A stretch of 64,000 bases of DNA, taken from the NCBI RefSeq assembly GCF_009914755.1, contig NC_060930.1; one strand, 5' to 3'. Both the position numbers and the translations under genes were made by a program. This DNA comes from the human T2T-CHM13v2.0 reference genome, Homo sapiens. Every line of letters begins with the position of its first letter. The stretch's first letter is position 1. The notes under the pieces are model-generated. The model saw only the letters and a program-made list of their open reading frames with translations, was not told the origin of the DNA and did no database searches. Below are positions 28,925-42,100 of this stretch, piece after piece.

Positions 28925-29810
28925 TTAAAAGGAAATTTCCAAATGTAAACAGAAGTAGATAATGGTGTAATTAATCTGGCACACGTCACTCCACCTTCAT
29001 CTTGTTTCACCTCTGTCTCCCCCTTCTCATCCCCGTATCCCCTGTCCCTTTTATTATTTTGAAGTAAATTCCAGATGTTACTATTTTGAGAAGGAGTCTC
29101 TCTCTGTTGCCCAGGCTCGGGTGCAGTGGTGAGGTCTCGGCTCACTGCAACTTCGCCTCCCAGGTTCAAGTGATTCTCCTGCCTCAGCTTCCCGAGTAGC
29201 TGGGATTACAGGCACTGCCACCATGCCTGGCTAATTTTTTGTATTTTTAGTAGAGACAGGGTTTCACCATGTTGGCCAGGCTGGGCTCGAACTCCTGACG
29301 CCGTGATCCGCCTGCCTTGGCCTCTCAAAGCACTGAGATTACAGGTGTGAGCCATCATGCCTGGCCCAGATGTTGTATCATTTCATTGGTAAATATTTCA
29401 GTATGTGCCTTTAAAAGATAAAGAACTTAAAGAGACATAATACAGTTATCACTATTAAAATATAATTTATTCCTATCAATTATCCAGTATTCAAATTTCC
29501 AATAATCTCATAAATGGAATATATATTATTGTTTAATTTACATTGTGGGGTAGTTTGAATCAGGATCCAAATAAAATGTTAACAATTTGTTGTTATCTTT
29601 TAATTACTCTTCATTTCTAGGATTTTCCTCCATCTCCTCTCCTTCTCGTCCTCTCACTTTTCATTTTTTTCTGTTGCCATTTATTTATTGAAACTGGGAC
29701 ATTTGTCTAGTAGAGATTCCCACAGCCTGGGATTTCCTGATTGATTTGCAATGGTTTAACATGTTGCTTGGACCTTTTTATTTCCTATAAATTAGTGGTT
29801 TGATCTGCAG
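28925..29810 (-). mobile_element. Old L1MC/ME-like 3' fragment interrupted by an Alu
   Basis: ggaaatttccaaatgtaaacagaagtaga... and gtttgaatcaggatccaaataaa motifs; approximate. Confidence 0.5.
29084..29366 (-). mobile_element. AluS, antisense, very short tail
   Basis: Antisense dimer; TSD ccagatgtt. Confidence 0.92.
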
Positions 29811-32490
29811 GTTTTGTCAAACTCATCATTTTTTGGGAGGTGGGATATTTTATTCCTGATCTGTTTTTTGGTAAGCATCAAATGTCTTGATCCCCACCCC
29901 ACCCCCGCTTCTGGTGGCATTATTGATGCTCTCTGCAGTCTTAATTTCCAGTATATTTTTACTGCATTATTTTGCAGTCATCCTTTTGCCATAAGACTGC
30001 CAGTAACAAACAGCAAAATGTGTTCTGTAGCACATTTACCAGGCAGAGTAGCTGCTAACATGATAAATATTCTTGGATGTGTGCCCAAGTTTTGTTCAGT
30101 TTTATGTGTTTGTCCTTATACATTTGTTTTTGTGTTGCTGTGTCTAATTCTAAGTATAAGCTCCTAGAAACCATTCAGTCATTCACCTGGCTTTTATCCA
30201 GTACCCATCCTTGCTGGGCCCTTGGGAATCCAAGACGATAGCATCCCCGTCTTAGAAAAATGGTGTCCAGTTTGGGATACACCACAAATAGTTAATATAT
30301 GGCATTCTAAGTTCTTTAAGAGGAGCCCATTTGAGGTTGGTTTGAGGTAGTTGTTTTGGAGGGTGATAGGGTTAACTTCTAGCAGGATCTTGAGGACAGT
30401 AAGGAGGAGGAAGGGCATCCACTTGGACTGGCTGAAAGGCACCGAGGAGCAGTGGCCGCATGGCCCATGGGACCCGAGCAGCTGAACAGGTGAAGTACGG
30501 TTTTGCCCCACACCCTGGGGCCGGCCCTGTAGAAGCTGACCTGGTGGCCGGAGGGTGCCTGAAGAGCTCTTCTGAGCCCAGACTGGGACTTAAACTTCCT
30601 TCTGTAGGCCTTCGGGAGGCATTTTCTGAGCACTTGTATTTGAGGAAGTCAGCAGCATTGACCGCAGTGCAGGTGTCTGCCATCGGATCAGGAGGAAGGG
30701 GATGGACTGGGTGATGATTTGGGCTTTGGTGATGTGTCAGACGTGCACAGATTGTAGAAGAGATAATGAGTTGTGTGGGGTGGCTCTGAGCAATCTCATT
30801 TGGGTGCTCTCCTTCGGTGAGGTGGGGGCCCAAGGGAGAAGGAACAGGTCTGTGGGGTCATTTGGGAGAGTCATTTCTTGACCCGATGAGTGCAAGGCAC
30901 TCTCTCCAGAGGTCCAAACATTAAGGATGCAGTTAAGGACCTCCTGTAGAGATTTGGGAATCACCACCAAGCAGGGGGCCACATGGAGTCCTTGGGGTAC
31001 AGACACTTGAGGGGCCCCCATTCTTAAAGGACAGGGAGAAAGAGAAGAGCCGGTAGAGGATCCTTAAAGAACATAATCTGGCAGGCGGGCCCCTTCACCT
31101 GGCTTGCCAGCCAGCCTGTAGGCTTCTAGTAATGCTTGATGATAAGGAGTGTGGCTTTGCCTTCACACCTGTGGAAGAGAATTTTTCATTTTCGCATTTC
31201 TTACTTATTCATGTTACTGGAATTGATGTTTTAGAAGTGTTCCACGTATAAACTACTTAAGATTATAATTTTTCAAAAGAGAATTTAGGGGAATATATGA
31301 AGCCCAGGATAAAACCTTAAAAAGCTAAAATTATATTCAATCCCTTATTATGTGATAGTGTTTGAAGCTTCCAGTTGTCTCTAGTGTACAGTTATTATAG
31401 AAATGAAGAGATATCCATCACTTTCAGTTACTCCAGCATAGTGCTCATAAGCTAGCTCTGCAAATGACTTCAGTTTTTGTTTCCTGGTAGGAAAAAACGA
31501 GGTAACAATAGCAACTATCTTGTGGTGGTGTCATTAGGATGAACCGTGCACACTACCTCTGTGCACAGTACCTGTCACAAGTCCCCTCTTGCGAATATGA
31601 GCTGTCAGTGGGGCTTTCCTGAGGTGGGAAGGGCTGAGCATGCCATCCTTGATGTGCATGTTGTATGGATTTATATCGCTTTCCTTTTGGAAATGATATT
31701 TGAAATTCATCTACACACAGAAAGTGGAGGGAGGTCAATAATATGCCAAATGTCTGAAGCCTAGGGATGATTTCACGAACTGTGGCAGGCTGTGTGGCCA
31801 CCAGGCATCCTCTCTGTGGAAGTGGTCGCAGCCACCTCTCCCCCACCCTCACATGTTGGGGATAGGCTTCTGTTTCCCTTTTACGATTTGGAATTGGTGA
31901 TAGGGAATTTCCAAAGCACAAAGAGAAAAGGATCAAGAAATTATTGAGACTACTCAAATCGTCATTCATTCCCTCATTCTGAATTATTGCAAGATAATAA
32001 CAATGTGGCCATCTTAACTCTCTTCCTAGCATATCTATACTTGATGTGAGGATTGGAAAAACTTTTCTTAAATAACATGACAGTTATCACTTATTCCAGA
32101 TCCAGACACCATGGAGGCTCTGTTGCATTTTGTTTCTGACCTGACGCTCTTTGTTGGATTTTGCTGGCATCTAGAGGCCTCCTCACTGACCTCTTACTAG
32201 GTGCCATTGCCATTTGTTTGTCAAGGACCAAGGTGCTCCTTTCCCTCCTCCATTCCTCCATCATCTGTTAGTTTATAGTCTGTATGCTCTTAAATTCTTT
32301 TTTTTTTTGGTTACTGTCTACCTATCTTCCCACTCATCCCCTGCTCTGGTTTTGCTACTTTTTATGATGTAGTTTGACACCTGGAGTAAGTTTTGTTCTA
32401 TTCCAGAATGATGGACTGTAAGTGTAAATTGATACTTCCTTTGTTAAGAACAATTTGCCAGTATATATTAACATTTCAAATGTAGCAATC

Positions 32491-32907
32491 TGATACAGTT
32501 TGGATCTGTGTCTCCACCCAAATCTCATGTCTAATTGTAATCCTTAATGTTGGAGGTGGGGCCAGGTGGGAGAGGATTGGATCATGGGGGCGGTTTCTCT
32601 TGAATAAGGTTTCAGACCATCCTCTTGGTGCTGTTCTCGTGATAGTGAGTGAGTTCTCATGAGACCTGGTTGTTTAAAAGTGTGTAGCACCTCCCTGCTC
32701 TCTCCCTTGCTGCTCCCACTGTGTGAGCCACCTCACTCCCCTTTTGCCTTCCACCATGATTGGAAGCTTCCTGAGGCCTCCTCAGAAGCAGAAGCTGCCA
32801 TGCTTCCTGTACGGCCTGCAGAACTGTGAGCCAATTACACCTGTTTTCTTTATAAATTATGCAGTCTTAGGTATTTCTTTATAGCAGTGTGACAATGGAC
32901 ATATACA
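32491..32907 (+). mobile_element. MSTA-type solo LTR (ERVL-MaLR)
   Basis: tgatacagtttggatctgtgtc...aaatctcatgt...gccttccaccatgattggaagcttcctgaggcctc...ggtatttctttatagcagtgtga; TG...CA termini. Confidence 0.88.
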
Positions 32908-33290
32908 ACCCTTTGACAGAAATTTCACTTGTAAAGATTGATGCTACAGAGATTTTCATGTGAAGATATATGCGTAAGGATGCTTACTATAGTGCTGTAT
33001 GAAGAACGGAAGACTGGAAACAACCTAAATGTACATCAATAAGTGACTGGTTAAATACGTTACTCCACCTACAAATAATGCAATGTTGTGTGGCCATAAA
33101 AAAAAAGAATAAAGTAGATATTTAGTTGCAGATATAGAATGAGCTCTACAATATATTAAGAGGCTGAACAACGTGCTGTTTACAGAAAATATGCTCTAGT
33201 TGTATATAAAGGAAAAAGGATTTAAATTCACATTTAAACTTGGTAACACATTGAAAAATTGCAGAAAGGTAAATAAAAAAATCCAAAGCT
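32908..33290 (+). mobile_element. Old L1ME-like 3' fragment (also 32410-32490)
   Basis: gactggaaacaacctaaatgtacatcaataagtgactggttaaat motif. Confidence 0.6.
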
Positions 33291-33291
33291 A

Positions 33292-33596
33292 GGCCAGGCA
33301 GAGTGGCTTATGCCTGTAATCCCAGCACTTTGGGAGGCCAAGGCGGGCAGTTCACAAGGTCAGGAGATAGAGACCATTCTGGCCAACACAGTGAAACCCC
33401 ATCTCTACTAAAAATACAAAAAATTAGCCAGGTGTGGTGGCACATGCCTGTAGTCCCAGCTACTCGGGAGGCTGAGGCAGGAGAATCTCTTGAAACCGGG
33501 AGGCAGTGCTTGCAGGGAGCCGAGATTGCGCCCACTGCACTACAGCCTGGACTACAGAGCGAGACTCAGTCTCAAAAAAAAAAAAAAAAAAAAAAA
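33292..33596 (+). mobile_element. AluSc/Y-like
   Basis: cacaaggtcaggagatagagaccattctggccaacac diagnostics; A tail. Confidence 0.92.
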
Positions 33597-33928
33597 TTCA
33601 AAGCTTATACCATGGGAATGTTTTCCCTTTTTAATTTTTTAAAAAGTGTCTTTGACGTTTTGGTTATTCTGCATTTTATTCAAAGTTACATATTGCTATT
33701 TGGATTTTATTCATTTCCTAATGAAAGAAAACAGAAGCACTCCTGCTCCTGGCCTTTCTACTAGGCCCTTGTAATAGTTATCTTTACCCTTTCCTGTAGT
33801 AGAAGTGGGATACTAGTGTTTTCCTCCTGGTCATGTTTCATTTCATACTGTGATATGTTCAAGTACCTCGCAAAGGGAATAAGCCCATAGTAGGCATTCA
33901 GTCAGCGTCTACGACATTTGTTACAAGA

Positions 33929-34527
33929 GGCCTGGGCACAGTGGCTCATTCCTGATTTTCAGCACTTTGGCAGGAGAATCACTTGAGGCCAGTAGCTGGA
34001 GACCAGCCTGGGAAGTATAGTGATACCCCATCTCTCAAAATATTAAAAAAATAAATAAATTAGGCCGGGCACGGTGGCTCACGCCTGTAATCCCATCACT
34101 TTGAGAGGCCGAGGCAGGCTGATCACTTGAGGTTGGGAGTTTGAGACCAGCCTGACCAACATGGAGAAACCCCATCTCTCCTAAAGATACAAAATTAGCA
34201 AGGCATGGTGGCGCATGCCTGTAATCCCAGCTACTCGGGAGGCTGAGGCAGGAGAATCGCTTCAACCCGGGAGGTGGAGATTGCGGTGAGCTGAGATTGC
34301 GCGATGCACTCCAGCCTGGGCAACGAGAGCAAGATTCCGTCTTAAAAAAAAAAAAAAAAAAAAAAAATCAGCCAGGCATAGTGGTATGTGCCTGTAGTCC
34401 TAGCTACTAGGGAGGCATGGGTGGGCTGAGGCAGGAGAATTGCTTGAGCCTGGGAGTTAGAGGCTACAGTGAGCTATGATTAGGCTGAGCCACAGATCGA
34501 GACCTTGTTTCTTAAAAAAAAAAAAAA
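33929..34527 (+). mobile_element. AluJ-like element with an AluSp-like element (34063-34367) nested in its A-rich linker
   Basis: Left arm 33929-34050, complete younger Alu, then right arm tcagccaggcatagtgg...gagaccttgtttc plus A tail. Confidence 0.88.
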
Positions 34528-37290
34528 GGGGGGGGGGCGGGGTGAAGAAATACCAAACTGAAAATTTCTGAAACAAATGTGTAATTACTACTACGCTAAA
34601 CTTTTTTCACACCTTTGTTTGTGAGTCAGTTTCCCTTTAACCTTTGACTCGTAACATAAAGAAGGTTAAGGCCAGAGTCCATCAATGGTTAAAAGATTGT
34701 GAGTGAGATGTAGAAAAACAGTACTGATGAATTCTGAAAGGGGAAACCTCATTTCCATTGCCTGGTTCTTGTGCATTGCAGTATTACCACAATATGGCAT
34801 TCTATACAGCAGATAAATGTAATTATTTATATGTGTATATTGGTTTACACACTGGTGTTCACTGGCTGCTTAAACTTACAAATAACCAAAGATGGCAGTA
34901 ATGTTTTAAAGTGTAAAGCTGTGCTTCTTTGTTTATAAAATATGATGCTGAACATATTCTTTATTTTCTGATACTGTCATTGCCTTTTTACTGTGTATTT
35001 GCTCTTCTTGAGATGAAAATAAGTATGTACCAAAAAATAAATATAGCTTTTTAAGATGAAAAAGCTCAAGTTTCTTATGGAATATTTTTATATCATTATT
35101 AAAACAGCCAAACAGACTTTATAGTCCCACTGTAAGTTATATGTAGTTGTTGATTGTTCTAGGTTTAAACTTGGCACCTTTTCTATGTGCTCCCTTATTA
35201 AATTAATACTTATGTTCAAACATAAGCTGAGGCAGAACACGTTTCCTTTTCAATAGTTCTCACTAAATTTTGTTTTGATTTTATTTCCAACTGTACTTAA
35301 TAGCTGAAAGCTTCTTGTGGTTAGGAATAGTATTTGAGATTTTGGTGGCATCTAATTATTTTGAACTTTTAAAGCCTTAAAGAGTGAAATATAAGGCCAC
35401 AATACATTTTTCTGATAGCTTTCATAGTCTGTTAGTCTGTGTTGCTTATTTTAGGGGGACGATGTCTAAATTGAAATGTTTATCCACTATAGTTGTAATG
35501 ATCTTTTTCAGCCTCTTTAGAAAGCAGTTCATTGAGCGAAGAAGAGAAAATAAAAAGAAACATAAAAGGGTAATATGCATAGGACTTTTGAGCCTGTTAC
35601 TATTTCCTAGCTGAAGTTTACTTTAAAAAAAAAAAAGTAGGCATTGGGCAGACACTGTGTGCACGTGTGTTGGAGGAGGAGGCGGGGCCTGCTCATTTGT
35701 TTGCCCATTGTGAGGCTGTCCTGCACCTTTGTGCTTTTTTGTAACAGGGTGAAGGCCCCTGAATAGAGGCCTTGTGCCCTGCTTGATTTGAAATCCATGC
35801 TGTTTATGGAAAGGAACCTGCAGGGCACCCAGCGGGAAGTCTGTGTGACAAGTGGAAATCTAGAATCTGGAAGAAACGTGGTGTTTGAGGGGGAAGGTGG
35901 TGGGGAGAGTGGTCATAATCTTTCAGCCTTTGCTTTTGTGCCCCACAAGCTTAATTGTCACCCTCTGCTGGCAACCAGATTGCAGAGCCACTCTGTAAGT
36001 GTCCTTGGATTGCCTGTGCTTACTCTCACCTTATTGTTATCAAATAAAAACCTAGACAAATAGCATTGAATTCTCTTAGAAAAATATGATATGAACTGGG
36101 TACATTACTAGTAGAGGTTAAATATCTGAGGCTTTTTTTGTTTGTTTTTTGTTTGTTTGTTTTTTTGGTGGAGATGTATTTAAAGGGAAGAAGGGCTACA
36201 TGTGAAAAGCTGGAATTATTGGCACGCTCCTGTATTTCAGAGCGTGTTGAAAAGCAGGTCGCACCAACACTAGGCTGGTTAAATCCAGTTTGTACAGCTT
36301 GTGTACTTGGTGGTACCAGCTATTGCTCCAAAGTTTCCTGGCTTAAGAAGCCATGTAATTTTAAGTGTGCAAGAAAGGGGTGGGACAGCAGAAGCTTTTT
36401 ATAGGATTTCAAGTAATAAACATTAATTTTTAAAGCAATATTCCAGGGACTTAACAGAAGTAGAACTTGTATATGATGTTTCTTTAATACCAACACATAT
36501 TTGAACTGACAAGGGAAGGGAGATAATTTTATTTTAAAGCAATATTTTCCATTCTTTTTTTCTCTTCAATTAGAAACTGGTTCTTCAACTTTCAGTGCCA
36601 ATTGAGACATGCTATAATAAGTATTTAACAATTCTGTCCTGCTGTTTGACTTCAGGGGGAAACGATGGTAGAATGTTTAGTAGCTGAGCATACACAGGTA
36701 GCTAGAGATCTGGTATACAGTAAATGTGGTGTGGTGTGGTATTTGGGTTATATATGCTAATTATTTCAGCACAATGCTGAAACCATGCAGAATACCTCTT
36801 GGAAGAGTGTTTGACAAGATGCCAGAAAGGCCGTGTTAATTATAAGTTTATTGTGCCTATTCAGGTTTTTTGGGTGTGTTTTGTTCCCCACTGTTGTTTT
36901 ATTCTTTATGATGGTTCTCTGAAAACTATGCCCCATGAACATATGGAGTTCTATATATGCGTGTTTATTGGTTTTATAGAAACCTCAGGATCCTATGAGC
37001 TTAATAACGATTTACGCTGTTATGTGGGTAATTGAGAGGACCTGTTAAGATATAGTTGATAGTAAGGTTTTCGTTAGTTATTTCAACTTTTTGAGGTAAT
37101 ATTAAAGGCAGTTTGACCAAAATCGGAATTCAACAATCCAGGGAGCTTTTGGTTTGCTCTGGGTTCGCTCTGGGTTTAAAGACAGTTTGGTTTGGCTACA
37201 GCTGACCTCCCTCCCTGTTTTTATGAACTAGTCTTCTTCCTGCAAAACTCAAATACAGTACTTGGTATGGTCTCATAATAAATTTAGTTG

Positions 37291-37295
<5 letters not shown>

Positions 37296-37343
<48 letters not shown>
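37296..37343. repeat. (TA)24 perfect microsatellite
   Basis: Read directly. Confidence 0.97.
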
Positions 37344-37346
<3 letters not shown>

Positions 37347-37464
37347 TATATTTCTGCTGTTATTCACTGCTTTTTAAAATTTTTGCTTCTGATAATGTAT
37401 TAAATTATAGCCATAACATATTTATATGCCTGCTAAAATGTAACAGTTGTTGGTTGTGATAAGC

Positions 37465-37815
<351 letters not shown>

Positions 37816-37846
37816 TGAAGTGCTTTGTGTTTGTGTTTTTTTTTAG

Positions 37847-37957
37847 GACATGTCTCAGGAAGGCTATGGAACTAGATCTCAACCTCCTCTGGCCCCCGGA
37901 AAACCTAACCATGAAGACTTGAACTTAATACAGCAAGAAAGACCATCAAGTTTACCA
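37847..37957 (+). CDS. ARID1B: ARID1B next coding exon (111 nt, phase 0/0)
   Basis: Acceptor U/GU-rich tract ...tttttag|GAC, donor CCA|gtaaga. Translates [37 protein letters not shown], joins in frame to the 3758-3907 exon and matches recalled ARID1B protein. Too short for the ORF track. Confidence 0.96.
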
Positions 37958-38395
37958 GTAAGACATTATTGTGCTGATTTGGAAATGTAATGAGTTAAAG
38001 ACTTTTAGAAAGAGCTGTTGTTTTTGTTTGTTCTACTTTATATTATGACATGATTGAGAAGTTTCTAGACTTCAGGTTTATTTTGTGGTCAATTTTTCAA
38101 GGTTTACCTTTTAGGAGCTCTGTAGTCCTGGATAAGTCTATTTCATGTGTATATATCTCTGTTGCAGAGTGTAGACATCAGTTGGAAGGTTTTATGCGGC
38201 TGGTCGATTTTGTGTGCAGGTGGTTATTGCTGTTGTACAGTTGAGCTTTCTTTAGGCTGTTGCTTTTTGGCAGCGATACAGAACAGAGGTGTCCTTAGAG
38301 GAGTCAAAACTTAAAAGAAATTTGCACTTTGCAAAGGATACAAATGATGAGATAAAATACCTGATAGTAATTTGAATTTCTTCTAGGACTTTCTA

Positions 38396-38742
<347 letters not shown>

Positions 38743-38895
38743 TTGACAAAGCTGTTTATTTCCACCAATAAATAGTATATGGTGATTGGGGTTTCTATTT
38801 ATAAGAGTAGTGGCTATTATATGGGGTATCATGTTGATGCTCATAAATAGTTCATATCTACTTAATTTGCCTTCTTTTATAGAGAACCTAATTTA

Positions 38896-39123
<228 letters not shown>

Positions 39124-42100
39124 CTATGGAGAAGGTTTGTTTTAAGATGGGAATTCAGTATAGCCATGATTTTAATTGGAATTTCAACTATGTTTGCATT
39201 AACTTAGATTTATTACTTCTAAACATTTGAGAACAGACATTTGTAGTGAATGTTAAACATGACATTTGACATGCGTACCATACCATATACATTTTAATGT
39301 ATATGCAGATTTAGAGAAGGTAAGTGATGACCACAGGATGTCTACTGTCTTTGAATCTGATGGATATATTTTTGAAACTCTAATTTTTATACCTTTTACT
39401 TTTATGTGAGAGAGGGTGAAATCTTATTGTGGTGTTTTTCCCCCCCCCTTTAGTAGTGTTAATGTATTTGTTGTCTAGGTATTTGGTTTTGAAGGAGGGA
39501 AATAGGTAATGGATTTTGTGTTGTATGCTGCTAAACTTTCTGTAGCAGATAGTTCGCAGCTTGGTAAGCATGTAGTGTGTACGTGTGTGAGAGAGAGAGA
39601 AGGAGAGAGACAGAGGCATGCATGCTGTCGATAAATACTACATTTGCCAAGTATTTGGAAATTAGCTTTTGTGGTTCTATGAAATTTAAATAGATGCATG
39701 GGAAGCAGGTAAACAGTGAATTCCACTTTTTTCAGCAGTTTTTTAGTGGTTTTGGAGAGGTTCGACCTTGTAGATTTGTCATTGGCTGATGATTTTGTAC
39801 TGTGACACAGGTTGGTAAATTTGTCATAAATGGATGCAGATTTTCTGCATAGCTATAAAAATAGTTTGTGGTAAACTGCTTTCTTCATATCTACTCAGAA
39901 ACTTCAGCATCACTCACTAGTGCGTGCCTTTTGCCATGGATCTGTGTTGGATTGGATGGTTGACATTCAGCTAACTCTACAGTGTTATTAGGGATGGCAT
40001 GAAGTATTGTAGTTTCAGATAACTGACTGAAGAGTTTGGTCTGGGATAGGAGCTTTTAAGTTGATTGCTGGAAGAGTGGATGAAGGCATTTAGGAGATGA
40101 ACGAATATAGTCATCAACTGTTTAAATGTTTTCTGAATTGTTCTATTTCTGTCTTGTTATGTATGTATAACAGCTATCTTCCTTAACCTTTATCTTGCCT
40201 ACTTCCCAAAAGTATTTAAAGTTGTCCATAATGTAAGTTTTTTTTTTAATGAAATACCCCAATTGGTATTTTCTTTCCGTTTTTGTAACTCACAGATAAA
40301 TAAGATGCTGGTTGACTCAATAGTACTTCAAACACATTTCAATAATCTTTAGAGAGCAGAGTTTCCAGGTTTTATGTTAAGTATGTAGAAGATTCAGTTA
40401 CTGAATAAAGGACAAACTGTAAGATAACCTGCTACACCTAAAACCCCCAATCTGTTAGGATGAAATTTGGCTGTAGTTAAATGAAATTTATTGCACCACT
40501 TTTTTTTTTTTCCACGAGGGCTTTGCATGTGTAAAAACTTTCTGTATGGGGCTTACAAATATTTTAATTTATGTGGATACTTATAATAAGTTGCACACAG
40601 CTAAGGTCATTGTGGTTTCAGGGAATGATTTGTTGATACTCTGTTACGGCTCTAATAGTCTGTATTTTACAATGTTACTTTTATTAGATACTGTAGTCCT
40701 CTAACTTGGCTGGGTTGATTCTGGAGAGCCCATGAAGCTGTATTTGTTATCACATCTGAATTTGCTGTTGGATCCTTTGTAGATTTACTGTTGTGCTATG
40801 GTTTTCCTTTTCAGGTGTCAGGGATATAAATTTTGTCTTTTCACCTACAGTCAATCCATGATATTTGAAACCTGTAGTTTTGTAATTTGGAATTAAGTAT
40901 ATTGTGTTATCTGTACCATTTATGAAATGCAACATAGTGATTCTAATGTGTAATTATTCTGTTCATTTTATGTAATGACGATGACAAGAATGCCTCTCAA
41001 GTAGTAATTTCTTAGTCTTTTTGCTTACAGATAGGTTTGTAATGTTTCTGCATGTGATATTTTCTACCTGTATCCTAAGTAGATTTTTCTTTAGCATGTT
41101 TGTTACAATGTAACAACTTTGCATTATAAGAAATCAAGGCATTTCCAATATCTTTATGCTACATCTATACTTTGATCCCTCAGCAAGTTGTCCTCACTGT
41201 TGTGTGAACCTGTTTTTCTATATTTGCATGCCATTAAATTCTTGATGACCTTCAGTAGGCAATGCAGTTATGTTTTCCAGCTAACTTAGATAGACCTTCA
41301 CATCATCTGCAGAAGGCAAATGATTGATAAATTAATAACTTGTTCTCTCGTTATCTTGGAGCCATGACCAGTCATATTTACTTTTTGCTTAGTGGACTCA
41401 GACCTAAGCACTGAACAAATCCTCCTTAATATCGTCCACTTATTTCTATACCTCTTAGTCGTACAGCATTTCCCTGTTTAGTTGTATTAGTTTATACATC
41501 CTTGGTATTACTGTTATTGATAAATCTTAACATTGAAGAGCTCTCTTTCTTAGACTATTATCACTTAAAATTTGAGCACATTTAGCTTTCACGACCTCTA
41601 ATATTGGTATGAAATAAACCTAGCATTTAAGCTAAAGACACAGTGGAATGTCTAAAAGATGCTGTCAGTTACTTATTTTCTTGTTTCATAAACATTGGAT
41701 ATCCCTCAATTTATATTCCAAGATAGCCCTCAAATATGATTTAATACACTTTTTGTTGAGTGTTCTGTTAAATTTTCACCTCTTGTGGCATTTATTATTT
41801 ATCCTTTTATTATGGTTATCCTGAACATTGTCTTCGCTCCCCTATTTCACTAGAAGCTTTTCATGGTATTTATTATGTCCTATTCAGTAAATATTTTCCT
41901 CAAAAATTTCTATAAAAATTATTTTAAAATAAATTATTTCCTCATTTTCAGAATTTTCTTTTAATTGCTAAGGGATCTGTTAGGTGGCATTGAATGGCTC
42001 TCGGGGCACCTGTGCTCTCTGTGCTGGTGCTGCTGAGTGATTAAATGGGTGGATGTCTGCATCGCCAGGTGGGTGTTATTCTTAAAATGATTCTATTTTA

